This document shows, one piece after another, positions 49,465-64,000 of a DNA stretch of 64,000 bases; the first letter of the stretch is position 1; every line of letters begins with the position of its first letter. Under the pieces are notes generated by a model. That model had not been told where the DNA came from. It searched no databases and was given only the letters and a program-made list of their open reading frames with translations. Origin of the DNA: Octopus sinensis (lineage: Eukaryota); assembly GCF_006345805.1 (NCBI RefSeq), contig NC_043005.1, forward strand, positions 43,338,001 through 43,402,000, given 5' to 3'. The translations under genes were made by a program, and so were the position numbers.

Positions 49465-49580
49465 ATCCCAGAGCAACATGAAACTAAGTGTCCTGCTCAA
49501 GAACACAGCACGCTACCCATTCCAGTAATCAAACCCACGATCTAACAATCATTAGTGCAATGCCCTAAACACTGGGTCAT
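49465..49580 (-). mobile_element. Degenerate SINE-D fragment
   Basis: GAGCAACATGAAACTAAGTGTCCTGCTCAAGAACACA...CCCTAAACACTGGGTCAT matches 3747-3860. Confidence 0.55.
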
Positions 49581-49992
49581 ACAAACATATGTAAATGAGA
49601 TAAATTCTGCAAAACTTTTGAGCAATGCAGGTGATGAATTATGCAAAATAAGTAGAAAAGCATCAATGAATGACAGCAACGGGTAAAGATATTATATTAT
49701 GTTACATAAATTTTTCAATTTTCCTATAGTAGTTTGGTAGGAAATTCTCAGTTTGAAAGAGAAGAATGGAAACTATCAGAGCTCAGAGAAATGTGTTTTT
49801 ACTTTCTTGTGTGTGTTTCCAAGTTGGAAGATGTAATCATCGTTTTTATGTCTGTTTTTCATTCATTGCATTTGTTTTCTATGTCTTCTCCAGCAACCAG
49901 TAGCTCACTGTTAGTTGCTATTCTTTGTCATCCCTTTCATGAAATTCAGCCCTTATGAGATTACCTCTACCACTTTCTTCCTGTGCCTTCCT

Positions 49993-50055
<63 letters not shown>

Positions 50056-50679
50056 TCATCATTCACAAACATGACACAGCTCAGTCTCTCTCCCTTGCCG
50101 AGTACATCTAATTTGCCCTATAATCAGACAGACTTCTTTCAGTTTCCATCTACCAAAATCCCCTCACAAGGCTTTGGCCAGCCTGAGGCTTTAGTAGAAG
50201 ACACTTCCCCAAGAAAGTAGGACTGAACCTGCCACCATGGGGTTTGAAAGCAAACTTCTTACCACAGAATTGCACCTGTCCATCTTTTCCTTATTCTTCT
50301 TCCAGAATTTCTACATCCTTCGCATTCATTGCCCATTTTTCACTACCATTCAGTGTATCACCTAATGCAAAGAAATCATCCAGTCTGCCCTTCACACAGA
50401 GGGAGAATCCTTTTATTTTATTTTACCAGCACAGGTTATTGCTCCCTGGACTTTTCCAGCTTCTTCTTACTCTGGCTTTCAGAACACCTACCATAGACCC
50501 CTGTAAGCATTTCAAAATATTTATTTCATGAGTGATCTTACTGCTAACTTCTCTTGCACATCTCTCATATATAAGACTTCTTGTTCTGACACTCGACAAG
50601 GTATATATATTTATATATATATATAAATTTATGCAGCCTTGGGTATACCATACAGAACATTTACCTATTTTCAGTGACT

Positions 50680-51040
50680 GGATGGTGCTCACTTGTTTCC
50701 ACCCTTCACCTTTGTCACAAGGAAACTAATATTTCTCCCATGGCTAGACATGTTCCTACAGTATATTGGAAATTAATCACACTGCTTGTATGACAGTGAG
50801 ACTCATTTTCAACTATCATTAGATGTCAAGACAAGAAGACACAAACACACACATACACATATACATATATATATATAGAAAGAGAAAGAGAGGTAGGCTT
50901 CTTTCATTTTCTGTCTACTAGATACGTTCACAAGGCTTTAGAGAACCCAGGACTATACTAGAAGATACTTGCCCAAGATGCCACCCAATGGGACAGATAG
51001 TGAAAACATGTGGTTGGAAAGCAAACTTCTTAAGCACAGA
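50680..51040 (-). mobile_element. SINE-B head with an alternative 3' tail (another B head at 50115-50280)
   Basis: Head/CORE at 50895-51040; tail TGTCTTCTTGTCTTGACATC...GGGAGAAATATT, related to 23200-23300. Confidence 0.6.
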
Positions 51041-51269
51041 AATATCTGCATCTCCACACTTCCATTCCTGTGTTGCATATGTAAATATGTGTGTGTGTGT
51101 GAGCCTTTATATGTATATATGTGTTTGTATATGTGTACATGTGTGTGTATATTATATATAAATATGTGTGTGTGTGTATATAAGCAACAACAATAATAAT
51201 AATAATAATAAGGATTATTACGAAGTTGCATTGCCTTTAATTCTTTTGATATATATACAGCTTTACATT

Positions 51270-51353
51270 GACCTACACGTGTTTCAAGTGCACTGATTAG
51301 TAACTGTTGCAATTGCAAACCTACTATAGTACCAGTACAGTTTCTTCAGGGTC
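51270..51353 (-). ncRNA. Minimal type-I hammerhead ribozyme, intact core, long stem II
   Basis: Minus strand reads GACC-CTGAAGA-[AACTGTACTGGT...ATCAGTGCACTT]-GAAAC-ACGT-GTA-GGTC. Perfect 4-bp stem I, complete core, 12-bp stem II (1 mismatch, 2 G-U), palindromic stem III CACGTG, GUA cleavage triplet. Confidence 0.8.
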
Positions 51354-51664
51354 TTCGCTTAACATCCCTTATACATATATATATGTATATATATATATGC
51401 TGTAGAGGGAACTTACTCTTACCAATTTGTGGTGACTCTTTGACATAAAAATAAACTTGAAATAAAAAGAATAATAGACATAAAAGCATTAAGAAGAAGA
51501 CATAACAGTAGGTAGACTTAGACAGCAATAACTGCATCACATCTGCCCTATCACAGAGGGCTTCTTGCAAATGTATACATCCATATATACGTGTGTGTGT
51601 GTGTGCATATATATTCTTTTATTTGTTTCAGCAATTTGACTATGGCCATGCTGGAGCACCACCT

Positions 51665-51709
<45 letters not shown>

Positions 51710-51869
51710 TGCAAATGTGTCTGCATAGATATTTATATTAAATTTTAAAGATTTCTCACCAATAGAGGAAGCAATGCTCTTCCATAAGAAACAAGACTTA
51801 TCCACTGAAATATAGACAACATGAACAGAGTAGTCATATATGCATACATATATGTATATAAACATGTGC

Positions 51870-51905
<36 letters not shown>

Positions 51906-54900
51906 ATATATATATGTGTATGTGTACATGCCTCTATATATGTCAACTTCATTGAATGCTACACTTGTATGTTTGGCATTTTGGCAGTACCTTTCATAGC
52001 ATGTTGCTGTGATCTCTTGGTGAAGCATGTCTTTCTTGTTTCTGTGAAACTCGGTTTCTTACAATTGGTAGTGAGGCAATTGGTCACTAGTCTAAATACT
52101 CCAGTAGTTATAGGTAGAAGTTCTAAAGATGGTCAAGATTAAGAGACTAATCATTTGTCGTTGTTTTGGCATGTATATGTGTCTATATGTGTGGCATACA
52201 TATATGAATGTATGTGTGTGTGTGTAGTTATGAATGTATACATATATAAAGATATAAATATACATACATTATATATATATATATTTATCATTTGTATATA
52301 TAGTTGCATATATGGAAGTATATACATATGTGCATTAATTGGTATGTATATCTATATATTTTTATCATCATTTAATATCCAATTTCCCATGCTGGCATAT
52401 TTTTATACATACATACATGTGTGTGTGTGTGTAATTAAATGAATGTTTAATTGCTTTTTGTTTAATGAAGGGAAATAACCTACTGAATTAATAAGTGGCT
52501 GAGTTCCAGTGATATGTGTATTCTTAATGTAATTCTTATGAAAAATTTGCATGGCTGTGTTTGCAACATAGTTGGATTTAGAATTACAGGTATGAGCTGT
52601 CTAGTAAATTTTGCAGAGTTTTTATCTACCTATTTTCATGAACAGGACTTATGCTCTTATATATTTGTTGAAGATGTATGAGGATTGAACCAGGTAACTC
52701 AGCTGTGAAACAAGCTTCTTAAGCATTCAGCCACATGGCATTCACAAGCTGACGACCACACTCATACATATATATATATATATATATATATTTACTTGTG
52801 TCTCTATATTTATATATGTGTGTGTTTACCTGTTCATATGCATATAAAGTATGTATATATATATATGGATACATGTATATGTAAAATATGTGTATGTATA
52901 TTGTGTGTGTATATGTATATACTTCTATATGTATGAAAATATGTGCATGTATCTATATGTATATAAATATGAGTATATGCATGAATTTCTGCGTAAGTCT
53001 ATGTAAATGCATACACATGTATACATACATATATGTGTATAGATGTAAGAATCTATAAATATATATTTATACATACGTATGTATATATATTTATACACTC
53101 ACACTCATATATAGTATTATATGCACATATACATATATATATGTTATATATAGTTTTATATATATAGAAAATTCAAAAGAGGAGAATGCTGGTGTTATAT
53201 AGCTATTCCATTCTTACACGTGTTTCAGTGATGATTATAACCTAATTATATAACTTATGGCAGATTTATTTATATCTTCACTTCACTAGAGATTTGTTCA
53301 ACTAAAATACGCAGATTCTCTTCACAGCCTTTCCTATGTATAACGATGCAGATAGAATTCTCATAGTGGTACTGCTTCTATATAATGCACTTTATCTGGT
53401 ACTAAACATATATATACATATAAAAACACATGTTATTTTGTCTCTAAATTATATGTTAATGTTATGGCGCAGTTACTGATGAGAATTTCACCTAGCAAAT
53501 TATTTTATTTGCTAAAAAACTTTGAGACCTAGGTATAACCGTAAAAACTAGCACGGTAAAAGTTTTTGTTTTTCATTCCCTTCGAAATTGCTCTTAAATG
53601 TGGGTTTGGTCATTTTGACTGTTTCTTCTAGCGTGTAAAATTACCTGTTAAAGATAGTTTCTCTTGTGTTTCAATGTATACTATTTTATATTGAGTTATA
53701 TATAGGTAGTTTGACATGTCTGTCTGAATATGTATGTACATATATATAAACATACATATCTGAATACATATATATATATATATATATATTTACATGTATG
53801 TATGTTTGTTCTTGTATACCTAGTTTTATGCCTATGAAAAACAAAATTCAGTTTAAGATATGTGTGTGTATACATATATATGTGTGTGTGTGTGTGTTTA
53901 TGTATAGTTATGTAAATGTGTATGTATGTATTCATGTATATGCATGAATCATCAAATTTTGACAAATATTTTGTTTGTTTAATGCTTGAAATGCAGACTT
54001 TAGTCCAGATATAGGTATATATTTCCGAAAATCAGGGAGGTGATTTTTCGTTAGGTGTGCCTTCAAAAAGCCCCTTAAGTCACAGTCAACTATGACTGCT
54101 GAAGTCCTTTATCAGAAACAAAAAACAAAAACCGAGAGTGAGAAAAATTAGGGAACATATAGCAAAAGATATTTACAGAATTTTAGAAAGTTAGAAAAGT
54201 ACAAAATTTTAAGAATTGATTTAAACTTTATAGCAATGAACAGTTTGGAGACATCATCATCATCCAGTGTTTTAAATTCGGGTTTTGTCCTCGTTAATGG
54301 AGGTGGCCGGATCTACCTCAGTGCCATAGCAACTTAGGTAGGCAGTCCACGCCAATCTTTGGGCTGGCTGGTGCCCATTCTCCTTTGCTAACATGAGGCT
54401 TTTTTAGAGCTAGATTTTCTACAGGGAGCATGACATGAGTGGTCCCAAGACCAAACCCTCTACCACAATTTTAAAAAAATGTGGGAAACTAGCTCATGAA
54501 GGCAGAGATGCTATTCCCTGAGACCTGCTTCAGAGCCCCCTTCCATCTACCAGAAGGTTAAAAAACAAACGAGGTAATGCTGTTCTATGGTGATTTTGAG
54601 GCTGAGTAAGGAGGAAAGGGACAAATGTATATTCATATATTATTGCATATATGTGCACAGCCTATCGTTAAGATGCTAGGCTCACAATCTTAAATTCAGG
54701 AGTTCAATTCCTAGATCAGGGTAGTGTATTATGTTAACAAGGAAAATCATTTGCTTGCTGTGCAAGACTACTTAACTGAAACAAATATCAGGTGATTGTC
54801 TTTGCTGCCATCTCTCCCACTTCAGATGTTACACCTTTCGTGTTTAGCTATGTCATTGATGTCAAGGCCAGAAAGGTGACTGTCAGCTTGCAATTACTTA

Positions 54901-57729
54901 GGTACTTAAAGCTATAAGCAAAACTATGGTGCATTCATAATGTTTATACTTCCTTACTAGTGATCACTGGATTGTTATGTATGAAAATAAATGTGTGCGT
55001 ATGTATAAATGTCTCTGTATACATGTTACATATGTGTGTATATGCACATATGTGTATGTATATTATATGCATGTAGATTATGTATATATATATATGTATG
55101 CATATTTGCATATATATATGTATATATGAGTGTATATACATATGTATGTATATATGAGTGTATATATATATACATATGTATGTATGTATATATACATATA
55201 AATACATACATGTGATATCACTTTATATCTGTTTTCCTAATTTCTTTTGAACGGATTGTCTATGTTTGAGTCAATTCCCACTGGCATTTACCCTCCTGTT
55301 AGGGGTTTCTGTGACACCTGTACCTCGCTTCCATTTCTTTTGACATGGTTTCTATGACTGGATGTTCCTTGCAACACCAACTTTTTTGCAAAGTATACTG
55401 GCTACAGTTTATCTTGACACCAGCACTAGTGTGGTTGTCCTTTCCTCAAAAACACAAGGTAACATCTATCTGACACCATCATGCTTCTGCTCATTCACCT
55501 CAGACTTATCAGAGTTTATACAGTGCATTTTATCTAAGCACTTTGTGTCTTCTAAAGCAGAAAAGAATTCTTACTGCCCTACATATGTTTCAAAGAAGAG
55601 AGTGAAATTGATGATACAGTACTAGAGCAGTATTAAGATGTGGTAGTAACTGCAGTATTTGCAGTTCAGAGGAGTACAAAATTTATGGATATTCAGTGGT
55701 GTGTGCTGTGGATGCTAGTGACAGTGATAATATTACCAAGCGAGAGGGAGAAGCAAGCAGTCTATATTGAAGTAAGGTGGGGATAATATTAACATGGTGA
55801 GTAAGAGGTTGAGATGGAGAAAGAAAGGGAGTGAAGACTGTGACCAGATTGTATAGAACAAGCTATGCAACTAGTTAAACAAGTAACTGTCAATAAAATT
55901 ATGAAATGTATGTGTCTCTAGTTATATGTGTGTGTGTGTCGTGATGGCTTTATATGTGGATATGTATATTTATATATGTATGTCTGTCGTTGGGATTATA
56001 TATACAGATACATGCAAATACCTATGCATATATAAACAATGCTTTCATAATATAGATTGTTATATCAACCAGTCGGTGACCATTCAAAACAGCTGTAAAT
56101 ATATGAAATGATTACATTATGTAAATTGTATACACAAATTTCAGTATATACATGAGTACATATACATGTATACACACACATATTCCTTATGTCTGCTATC
56201 ATTTGTTTTCTATGTATATATACATGCACTCATCTACATACACACATACACCTATATGTGTATATATATGTTTGTGTGTGTGTATATACATGTATGTATA
56301 TCGGTAGATATAGATATATGTTAATATATATGTATCTACATGTGCTCCTCTGTGTATATGAATCTATATATAAATCTATACATATATATTAAGTGCGTAT
56401 ATCTTCACATGTTCCTGTATGCAGACACATACATGTGCATATGGATGTCTTTCTTATCACTAATCATTACCTTCTTTAATGCAATTTAAATTATTTTCAG
56501 AATTGTAATATTTTATCAAGAATTCTTATAACATCATTCTCTGATTCTGTTGTCAAAATGACATAACGGCTGGTGAATATTACATTTTAGAATACTTGCA
56601 TTACTATATATATATACATACACTTTTATAAAAGATACTACAAAACTAGGATACAAGGTCTTTGTCAGTGATTTGAATTTAAATTAATTTCTTCAGATGA
56701 TGCATAAGGAAAGAGATAGCTTCAACCTTCTGAAATATACAAATATTTATGTTAATTAACTTTCATTCATCAAAACTTTAGGTATTTCATGATTAATTTA
56801 TATATCAGTGTTTATCTTTGAATTTTCCTTGAGATCTAAAGCTATACATTTCCAGGAATAGTTATGAACCATATTGTACCATTATGGCAAACCAATCACC
56901 AAGACTATTTATGTTATTACTCAACTTGCAAGAAAAATAGTCAAATCACCTCCAAATCCAACACTATTAAAACAAAAAAAAAAAAACAAGTCATATTGGA
57001 CAATTTAGTCTAAGATATACCATACATGGAAAAGAAAAAAGAATAGTTGAAAATCAGAGCAGGAATGGTTACAGTCCTAGGTTTGCATCAACAACCAGTT
57101 TTCTGGCACATTCAAACTTTTCATTTAGAACTGATTCACTTAATTTTACATTGTTGATTTCTTTGGGAAAGGTATGGCCACCACAGCTCCCCGTGTAACA
57201 TATTCTACGCTACACAACTTATAAGAAGCAGTAACCAGCAATCCTCATAACCAGTAATGGAATTCTCCTGAAAATTACATTATACTGGTGAAATGAGATG
57301 TGAGCAATAATAATAAGAAACTGGTTTTAATTCAGGCTTAATTTGCTGCAGTGTTTCATAAATAAGAAAAAGAAGACGCATAGGCAAGCTGTCATAGCTC
57401 TATTGTTACCTGAACAGGAATATCTACTTCTGATAATGACCAATGCGAAGTTGTGATGTTTGGTAAAAGGATGTATAAGACACACCGTTAATTAAATGAA
57501 GTTAACTTACCGAGAACATCATAGCAAGATATTAAAGTAGTAAAAGTATTGAAATTAATTATCTGTTTCATGAATATGAGTTATTATCATTGTCATTATT
57601 AACTTTGCTTTTCATCCTTCCAGAGTCAATAAAGTACTGTAGTATATTCATATATATATATATATAATTTATGTCATAAAAACATATACATTTTGTCTAA
57701 CATACAATTTTTGTGCATTTTCCTTTATA

Positions 57730-57900
57730 TATATATATATATAAAATATAGATACATATATATGTGTATATATAATATATATATATATATAAAATATAGA
57801 TACATATATATGTGTATATATAATATATAAATATAAAATATAGATACATATATATGTGTATATATAATATATAAATATAAAATATAGATACATATGTATG
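57730..57900. repeat. ~45-48-bp AT-rich minisatellite, 3-4 copies
   Basis: AAAATATAGATACATATATATGTGTATATATAAT repeated. Confidence 0.8.
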
Positions 57901-59627
57901 TGTGTATATATATAACCGATAAATATATACACACACACACGCACATATATATATATATATATGTGTGTGCATAGATAGATAGTTGAAATAATCATAGAAA
58001 ACAAGTTATTGATATTTGAGTCCATCATTACCATTACAATTATTTTTGTGGGCTTTTAACAAAACAGACCATCTTAGGTGGTGATATCAAAATATGTTAC
58101 TTATTTTAGCATTTTACTAAGGATATATATATATATATATATATAAAATTAACTTCCTTTACTCTTAAAATATATGGTCTTGTGCCAATATCAGAAATAT
58201 TTAATGTCAAATATGAAAGGAGAAACAAACTACTGCCATACAAATTCTGTAGTCCAATTTCAATTCCTGTTTGAGGTTAATTTACTTATTTCACAAAGAC
58301 TCTCTTTAAATAGCCTTGAATGTCCATTTCTTTTTGAATATGTAGCATTGTACTTAAGTAAGGAAATTATTGTCGTTGTTGTTGTTATGATTAAAAGGGG
58401 TGGTGGAGTGGCAGAAATGGTAGTGAATTACTGAATTTCATGAAATAATTAATTTTGTTCCCCTGCAATCAAATCTCTCAGAGTTGACTCCAGCTTATCT
58501 ACTTCCAGGTTGATGAAAAAAAAAAAATCCAAGTTATATATATTGGGAAGTTGATGAATCAATTACACCTTCTGCTCCCATAAAATCTTAGTCTTAGGCA
58601 TAAACTAAAAGTCATAATAATAATCATTAATTTACCTTTACTTTCACTATCAAAAAAGTACTATGAAATATCAGTGTATTTTTACCTATTCTTTGAATCC
58701 TTGAATGCAAACAAACTGCTTCTGATACATCTAGATACATACATATGCAAACACATTACTTTTCTTGACCTTATTGCTCTCAAGAAATACCATTTTTAGC
58801 TTCTTTTTACTACATCAAGTCCCATCCCCTTTTATTTTTTTCCTTGTCATAGTCTTCTGTTCATATCTAACTTATTCTGTTATATTGTTATCAGACAAAT
58901 TTTATTTATTTTTCTTTCAGATTTCAATAATTTCTAGTCAATTTTGTTAATAAAGTACATGTAACAGTTTGTTCTGGGAGATTTTTTGTTTTATTTTTAT
59001 TTTATTTTGTTTATTTTCCATCCTAGTTTTCTTTTGTTTGCCTTTAATTTTGTTTTTATTGTTTTATGTTGTTTATTTTTCAGCATTATTATTATATTTA
59101 CTTTAGTATATATTAATAATCCTCATTAACCATGAAGTATATTAGCAAAAACAATTTTTATTAATTTATAACTAATATATTATCATAACATAATAACTAA
59201 TGTAATTTGCAAAGTTAGGTTTGTCATTTTAAGTGATAACCAATTCTAAATAACATAACGGATAGACATTCAAATTTAAAAGAAACAAATAATAATTGTA
59301 AAGCATATATAGGAATGAAATTTCAGAATGGTTAGAGTGAACTGAGATACTTACCCCAGGGTAAGTCTAAAGTCCACTTCCTTGCCACCATATTTGCCAC
59401 AAATATCTGCATGGAGGAATATTTGCATTACATATATAAATATAGAACTTATTTATAATTATATATATATATATGTATGCATGTGTATATATATGTATTA
59501 TATATGCATGTGTGTGTGTATATGTATTATATATATATATGTATGTGTATATATATATATATATATGTGTATATATATATGTATGTATATATATATGTAT
59601 GTATATATGTATGTATGTGTATATATG

Positions 59628-59659
<32 letters not shown>

Positions 59660-62606
59660 TGTATGTATATATATATATATATGTATGTATATATATATGT
59701 GTATATATATATGCGTATGCATGTGTGTGTATATGTATCATATATATACGCATATATAATATATATATATATATAAATATATATATAAATGCAAGGAACT
59801 GTATTTAATATTAGGCCATATACTTCATATTTGCATACTCCAGTTACTCTGTCTCTTTCTTTTTCTCCTCCTCCCACATTTTCTCTCAAAGCGTCTTAAT
59901 AGACAGGATAGTTCTCCCTTCCTCCTCCCCTCTCTTTCTTACTCTGCTGTAGAATTTCAATCTATTTTCACAGAAGAGCATTCACTCAACATTATGAGCC
60001 ACCGCTGAAAGGATGAATGAATGCTTGGTTGGGTAATATTTGCTACAAAAGTAAAAAGATCAAAAGAACTGTATAAAAACTACAAACTACCTTAGAAAAT
60101 ATTTGCAAACCAGAAAATTGCTTCATAAAAAAAAAATAAATAAAAGAGAGAAAGATAGCAAAGTCATTTACAGCAACCAAGAAATGACAAATGCGTTCTT
60201 CACCCCCCCCCCCCCCGTACTTGTAATTTATAGTAATACTCTTTGACAGATGATAGTTTGCTCCTTTTCTTTCCCATTTCCTTCAACCATAATTATCAAA
60301 GCTATTAAACAACATGCCATAATTGTCAGCGCCCTTCTGTATACATACACTCACACACACACACACATGCACTCTCTGCCCTTGTATTTTAAATGAAAAT
60401 AGAGATGTTATACCAAGATAATGATACAGTATACTAAATATATGGTTATAAGATTCACATATACATACACATATGTAAATTTATCAATTAAATTATTATC
60501 ATTCAGTTTTGGATTTCATTCTAATACAGATGCGAAATTCCAGTTCCATATGATAATTTACCAAACTTTAACTTTGCATAACAATTTTTGTTTTATTTAG
60601 TTATTTCTTTTTGTTTATAAGCCAATGAAAATTTATTGTGCATTGGTTATATCAAGATACCTGACTTATTTCCCAATTTCTTTACATTTATCTGGAACAG
60701 CTAAGTTTATAACAAATGGTTGTTAGCATAAAATATTTTCATTTTCCCCAGATATTAGTCTTAGAATTTTACTTGTTGCTTCAAATTTACTGAAGCTTCC
60801 TCTCTTAGATGAACGTTACTTTGTCTTCACTTCAATCAGTGTAGAAAGTATATCAAGTCAATCTAACAGCTTTAGCAAATATTTGATGTGAATGTCTTGT
60901 GTTTTTAACATAGCTTTTGCAGATATATCTTAGCATCATGTTTACTTCTATAATACTTTTCTTATATTCTTTTTCCAGTTTCTATATTATCACTTTTAGA
61001 TTGAAAGTATGTTTATTTTCAAAATTTATATCAAGAACAAAATTAAATACTGAAGAATACTCACCTTTTATATTTTCATGAATTTTTTTTTATTCTGGTA
61101 AATTGAACAACTATCAAAATATACCTGTCCTGTTGAGAGTCACAAAACAGAACTTGCATAAGAAAATAGTTTGTGGTTTTATTTTATTTTTCTTAATACC
61201 TCAAAGAAAATGTAGTATATAAAACTATTGTAAACACAAAATATATATTTGTTTTAGAATGTATTAGCATTTAAAAAAATATTATTTTTATTATCAAGAT
61301 GCAAAAAATTATTTTAGTGAAAAGGAAAAAAATTCCTCCAAGAATGTTGTTCTTTTCTTATTTCTTCTACTAAACCATTAAGTATCTTTTGTCAACAGTA
61401 AATGCTTAAATTCTTTATTCCTTGAAAAGATATCATTTATATGAAAAGTATGCAGATTTATTTATTTATATTCTTTTTTTTTTCTATTGTGAATTAAATT
61501 TGTCATGTTATGGAATAGAATGTGGCTAAATGGAAAAAAAAATGTTATTAATAATTTAGAAGAAAAACAATATTTATGATTTAAACAAGTATTAGTTTTA
61601 TCTAAATCATTAATAATTTGATGATTTCTTTCTTACAACTCTATTTGCCATCTGTTTCACTTAGTACAGTGATAATTTGTACAAGTAATATTACTAAAAC
61701 ATATCTCCGTCTTCGTTCTTTGTGGCATTTCAAACATTAATTCATATCCACATTCTTCTTTGTCTTGTCCCCATTCATCTTCAATACCCACAATACATAT
61801 ATATATATACATGTGTGTGTGTATGTTTGTGAGAGTGAGTGTGTGTGTGTGTATTAATTCACCTTATTTCATCAACATTAATTCATCCTATATGTGGCAG
61901 TTACATAGCTGTAATGATTTTCATTTTATTTTTCATTTCATATTCAACCACTTACAGACATTAATTTGTCTGATTTGCTTGCTTCATTTTTTTCACTCAG
62001 AATATCACTGAGATGAGCAAGCAGACGGGTAACTAATTGGATAGATGGATGTATGGATAGCTAGGTGAGTGAGAGTAAGTGATGTCGAAAGAGGCTTTCA
62101 CTTCTCATTGCTCAATATCAAATCGGCTGATACCACGGATCAGTCTCTCACACCGATGGTGTCCTGCCAGAAAAAAATTACTGGTATCCCAACTAACCTA
62201 ATTCCCATCAAAAATTAAACTTAATATGGATTTTGATAATATTGGAGCTTGCATAAAACTTGAAATCATTGTTCAAAACCACTTTAGTTGTTCCTTATTT
62301 GTATTTTTCTATAGAAATTAATGTGAGTCCAGTCATTGCCTAGAACTCTATTCACTAAAATCTCTCTCAAATGGCTACTTATGTTTTACTGCCTGCATAT
62401 TTATATTTTGTGTCTAAAAGCTTTTGACAAGCATATATATATATAAAAGTTCTATGAGATAACTAAATCCTTTCTGATCAGTATCAACTGTGTAGCATCG
62501 ACATTTGACTGCTTTCTCTCCTAGCTTATAAATATTAAACTTAATGAATATTTGACAAAGCAGTTCCAAAATATTTTTATAACTGATGCAAAATTACGAA
62601 TTAAGC

Positions 62607-62658
<52 letters not shown>

Positions 62659-64000
62659 GATAACGTTGGTGAGTTTGTCTTCACCTTGATAACCCTCTCA
62701 CTCTGCTCTATTACGTATTGTTTCTTCTTCTCTTCTGACCTTTCACACTTCCTTGCTCATTATCAGGACTTTATTAGCAGACCTCTAAACTGTTTTTTCA
62801 GCTAAGGAAACCAAAAAAAAAAAAATGAAAAGTGAAAAGGTAAAAAAGAAAAACAGAAAATTAGTGTTGTTATCGGAATGTCTGTCTAAATTATATATTT
62901 TCCTTTGTAACATCAAAAAAATTACTGATCCCTCGTTGTATTGTTTGCTAATTTTCACAATCTTGCATTGTAACTCTGTTTGTCTGTATGTCTGTCCCAA
63001 ACTCCATTCATCTAATACTCTAATATCGAAGTATAATAATCTAAAATATGCACTTCAAGTGCTATCATCTGCAGGGATGGATAACCTCTTTTAGTACTGC
63101 TTGTTCTGCTCTTTACAAGAAGAAAACAAAAAAAAGAAAACAAATTCCATGATAATTCTCCAATCAATAACAAAAAAAAAACAGCAAAAAACATTATACC
63201 CTTCAAATTTACACTTCACTTAATGAACCTGATTTATATATTTTGTATAAACAATTTTTTTTTTATCTTCCCTATTTCTTCTTGCTTGTTTTTATATATG
63301 GAGGCAGAAGTTAAAAGTTAACCACTTGTGTAAAAATTGGAAAGTAACCATCTGGTTATTATAGCCTTCTTTGTAATAATTTAATTTGTTTTTATTTAAA
63401 AAAAAAAAAAATCATTGAAGACAACAGTTTTGAGACATTCCCATACCAATTTTCGATGTAAATTCATCACTCATCAATTCCAGTCATTACCTGTCTCTCG
63501 ATTGCTTCAGTTTAGTTTATTTATGCTTAATGAAATATCAAAAACTTTACGAAATACATTTTAACTTGATACAGCAAAATAATAAATAAAAAAAAAAGAG
63601 AAAGAAACTGAACAAGAAAAAGAAAAAATAAGAAAAGAAAAGAAAGCATTCTACAATGGTTAACTACTTAGACGCAACAAATGGTGAAGTGTTTGTCATT
63701 CCATTTGTTTATCTGTTTCATTGCCATTAAGTATTTCCTTTAACAGTCAGACTATAATGCTGGAAAGATAGCCAAAAGACAACAGCTGATTATCCGAAAT
63801 ATTGCCATCATGTCGCTTACATATTCAAAACATATAGAAAATAATATCAGTTGAATATATTTCTAAACTTCTCTTCTATGGGGAACAGAATAACAACAAC
63901 AAAACAAAAAAATATATTCATCTGATTCATCTTTTTTTTTTTTTTGTAAACTTTCCTTATCTTTTCAACATCTGATCTGGTTTCGTAGATCTTCCCACTA

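Noticed and set aside
53211-53290. Half hammerhead motif on the minus strand (GAAACACGTGTAAGA)
   Set aside because: Same palindromic stem III/GUA as 51270, but no CUGANGA with a matching stem I upstream; at best a dead relic.
57085-57280. Protein-like minus-strand frame (RICYTGSCGGHTFPKEINNVKL...)
   Set aside because: Two in-frame stops upstream and no recognisable homology.
63747-63854. Possible terminal exon SDYNAGKIAKRQQLIIRNIAIMSLTYSKHIENNIS*
   Set aside because: The acceptor is plausible, but the frame is only 35 aa with no upstream partner exon or motif.

Overview
AT-rich, microsatellite-dense eukaryotic genomic DNA. The SINE families and the (TA)n/(TAGA)n load suggest an octopus or other coleoid cephalopod; this is inferred from repeat content, not from a database search. 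One clear protein-coding gene is present: a single-exon CDS (39233-40690, +) for a C2H2 zinc-finger factor with 5 N-terminal fingers and a C-terminal finger pair resembling the Ikaros/Hunchback dimerisation domain. The first 39 kb is packed with tRNA-derived SINEs (my labels SINE-A, SINE-B, SINE-D), RTE-clade LINE remnants, a non-autonomous Helitron, mariner-like MITEs, a Penelope-like (PLE) coding remnant and recent tandem duplications. The most notable hidden signal is a set of minimal type-I hammerhead-ribozyme motifs with palindromic stem III, of the kind associated with PLEs. One has an intact core and an unusually long stem II (51270-51353, -), one is near-intact (17599-17644, -), and three are degenerate (49142-49189, 25393-25428, 23752-23787). 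Nearly all other ORFs in the supplied track are translations of microsatellites or SINEs.
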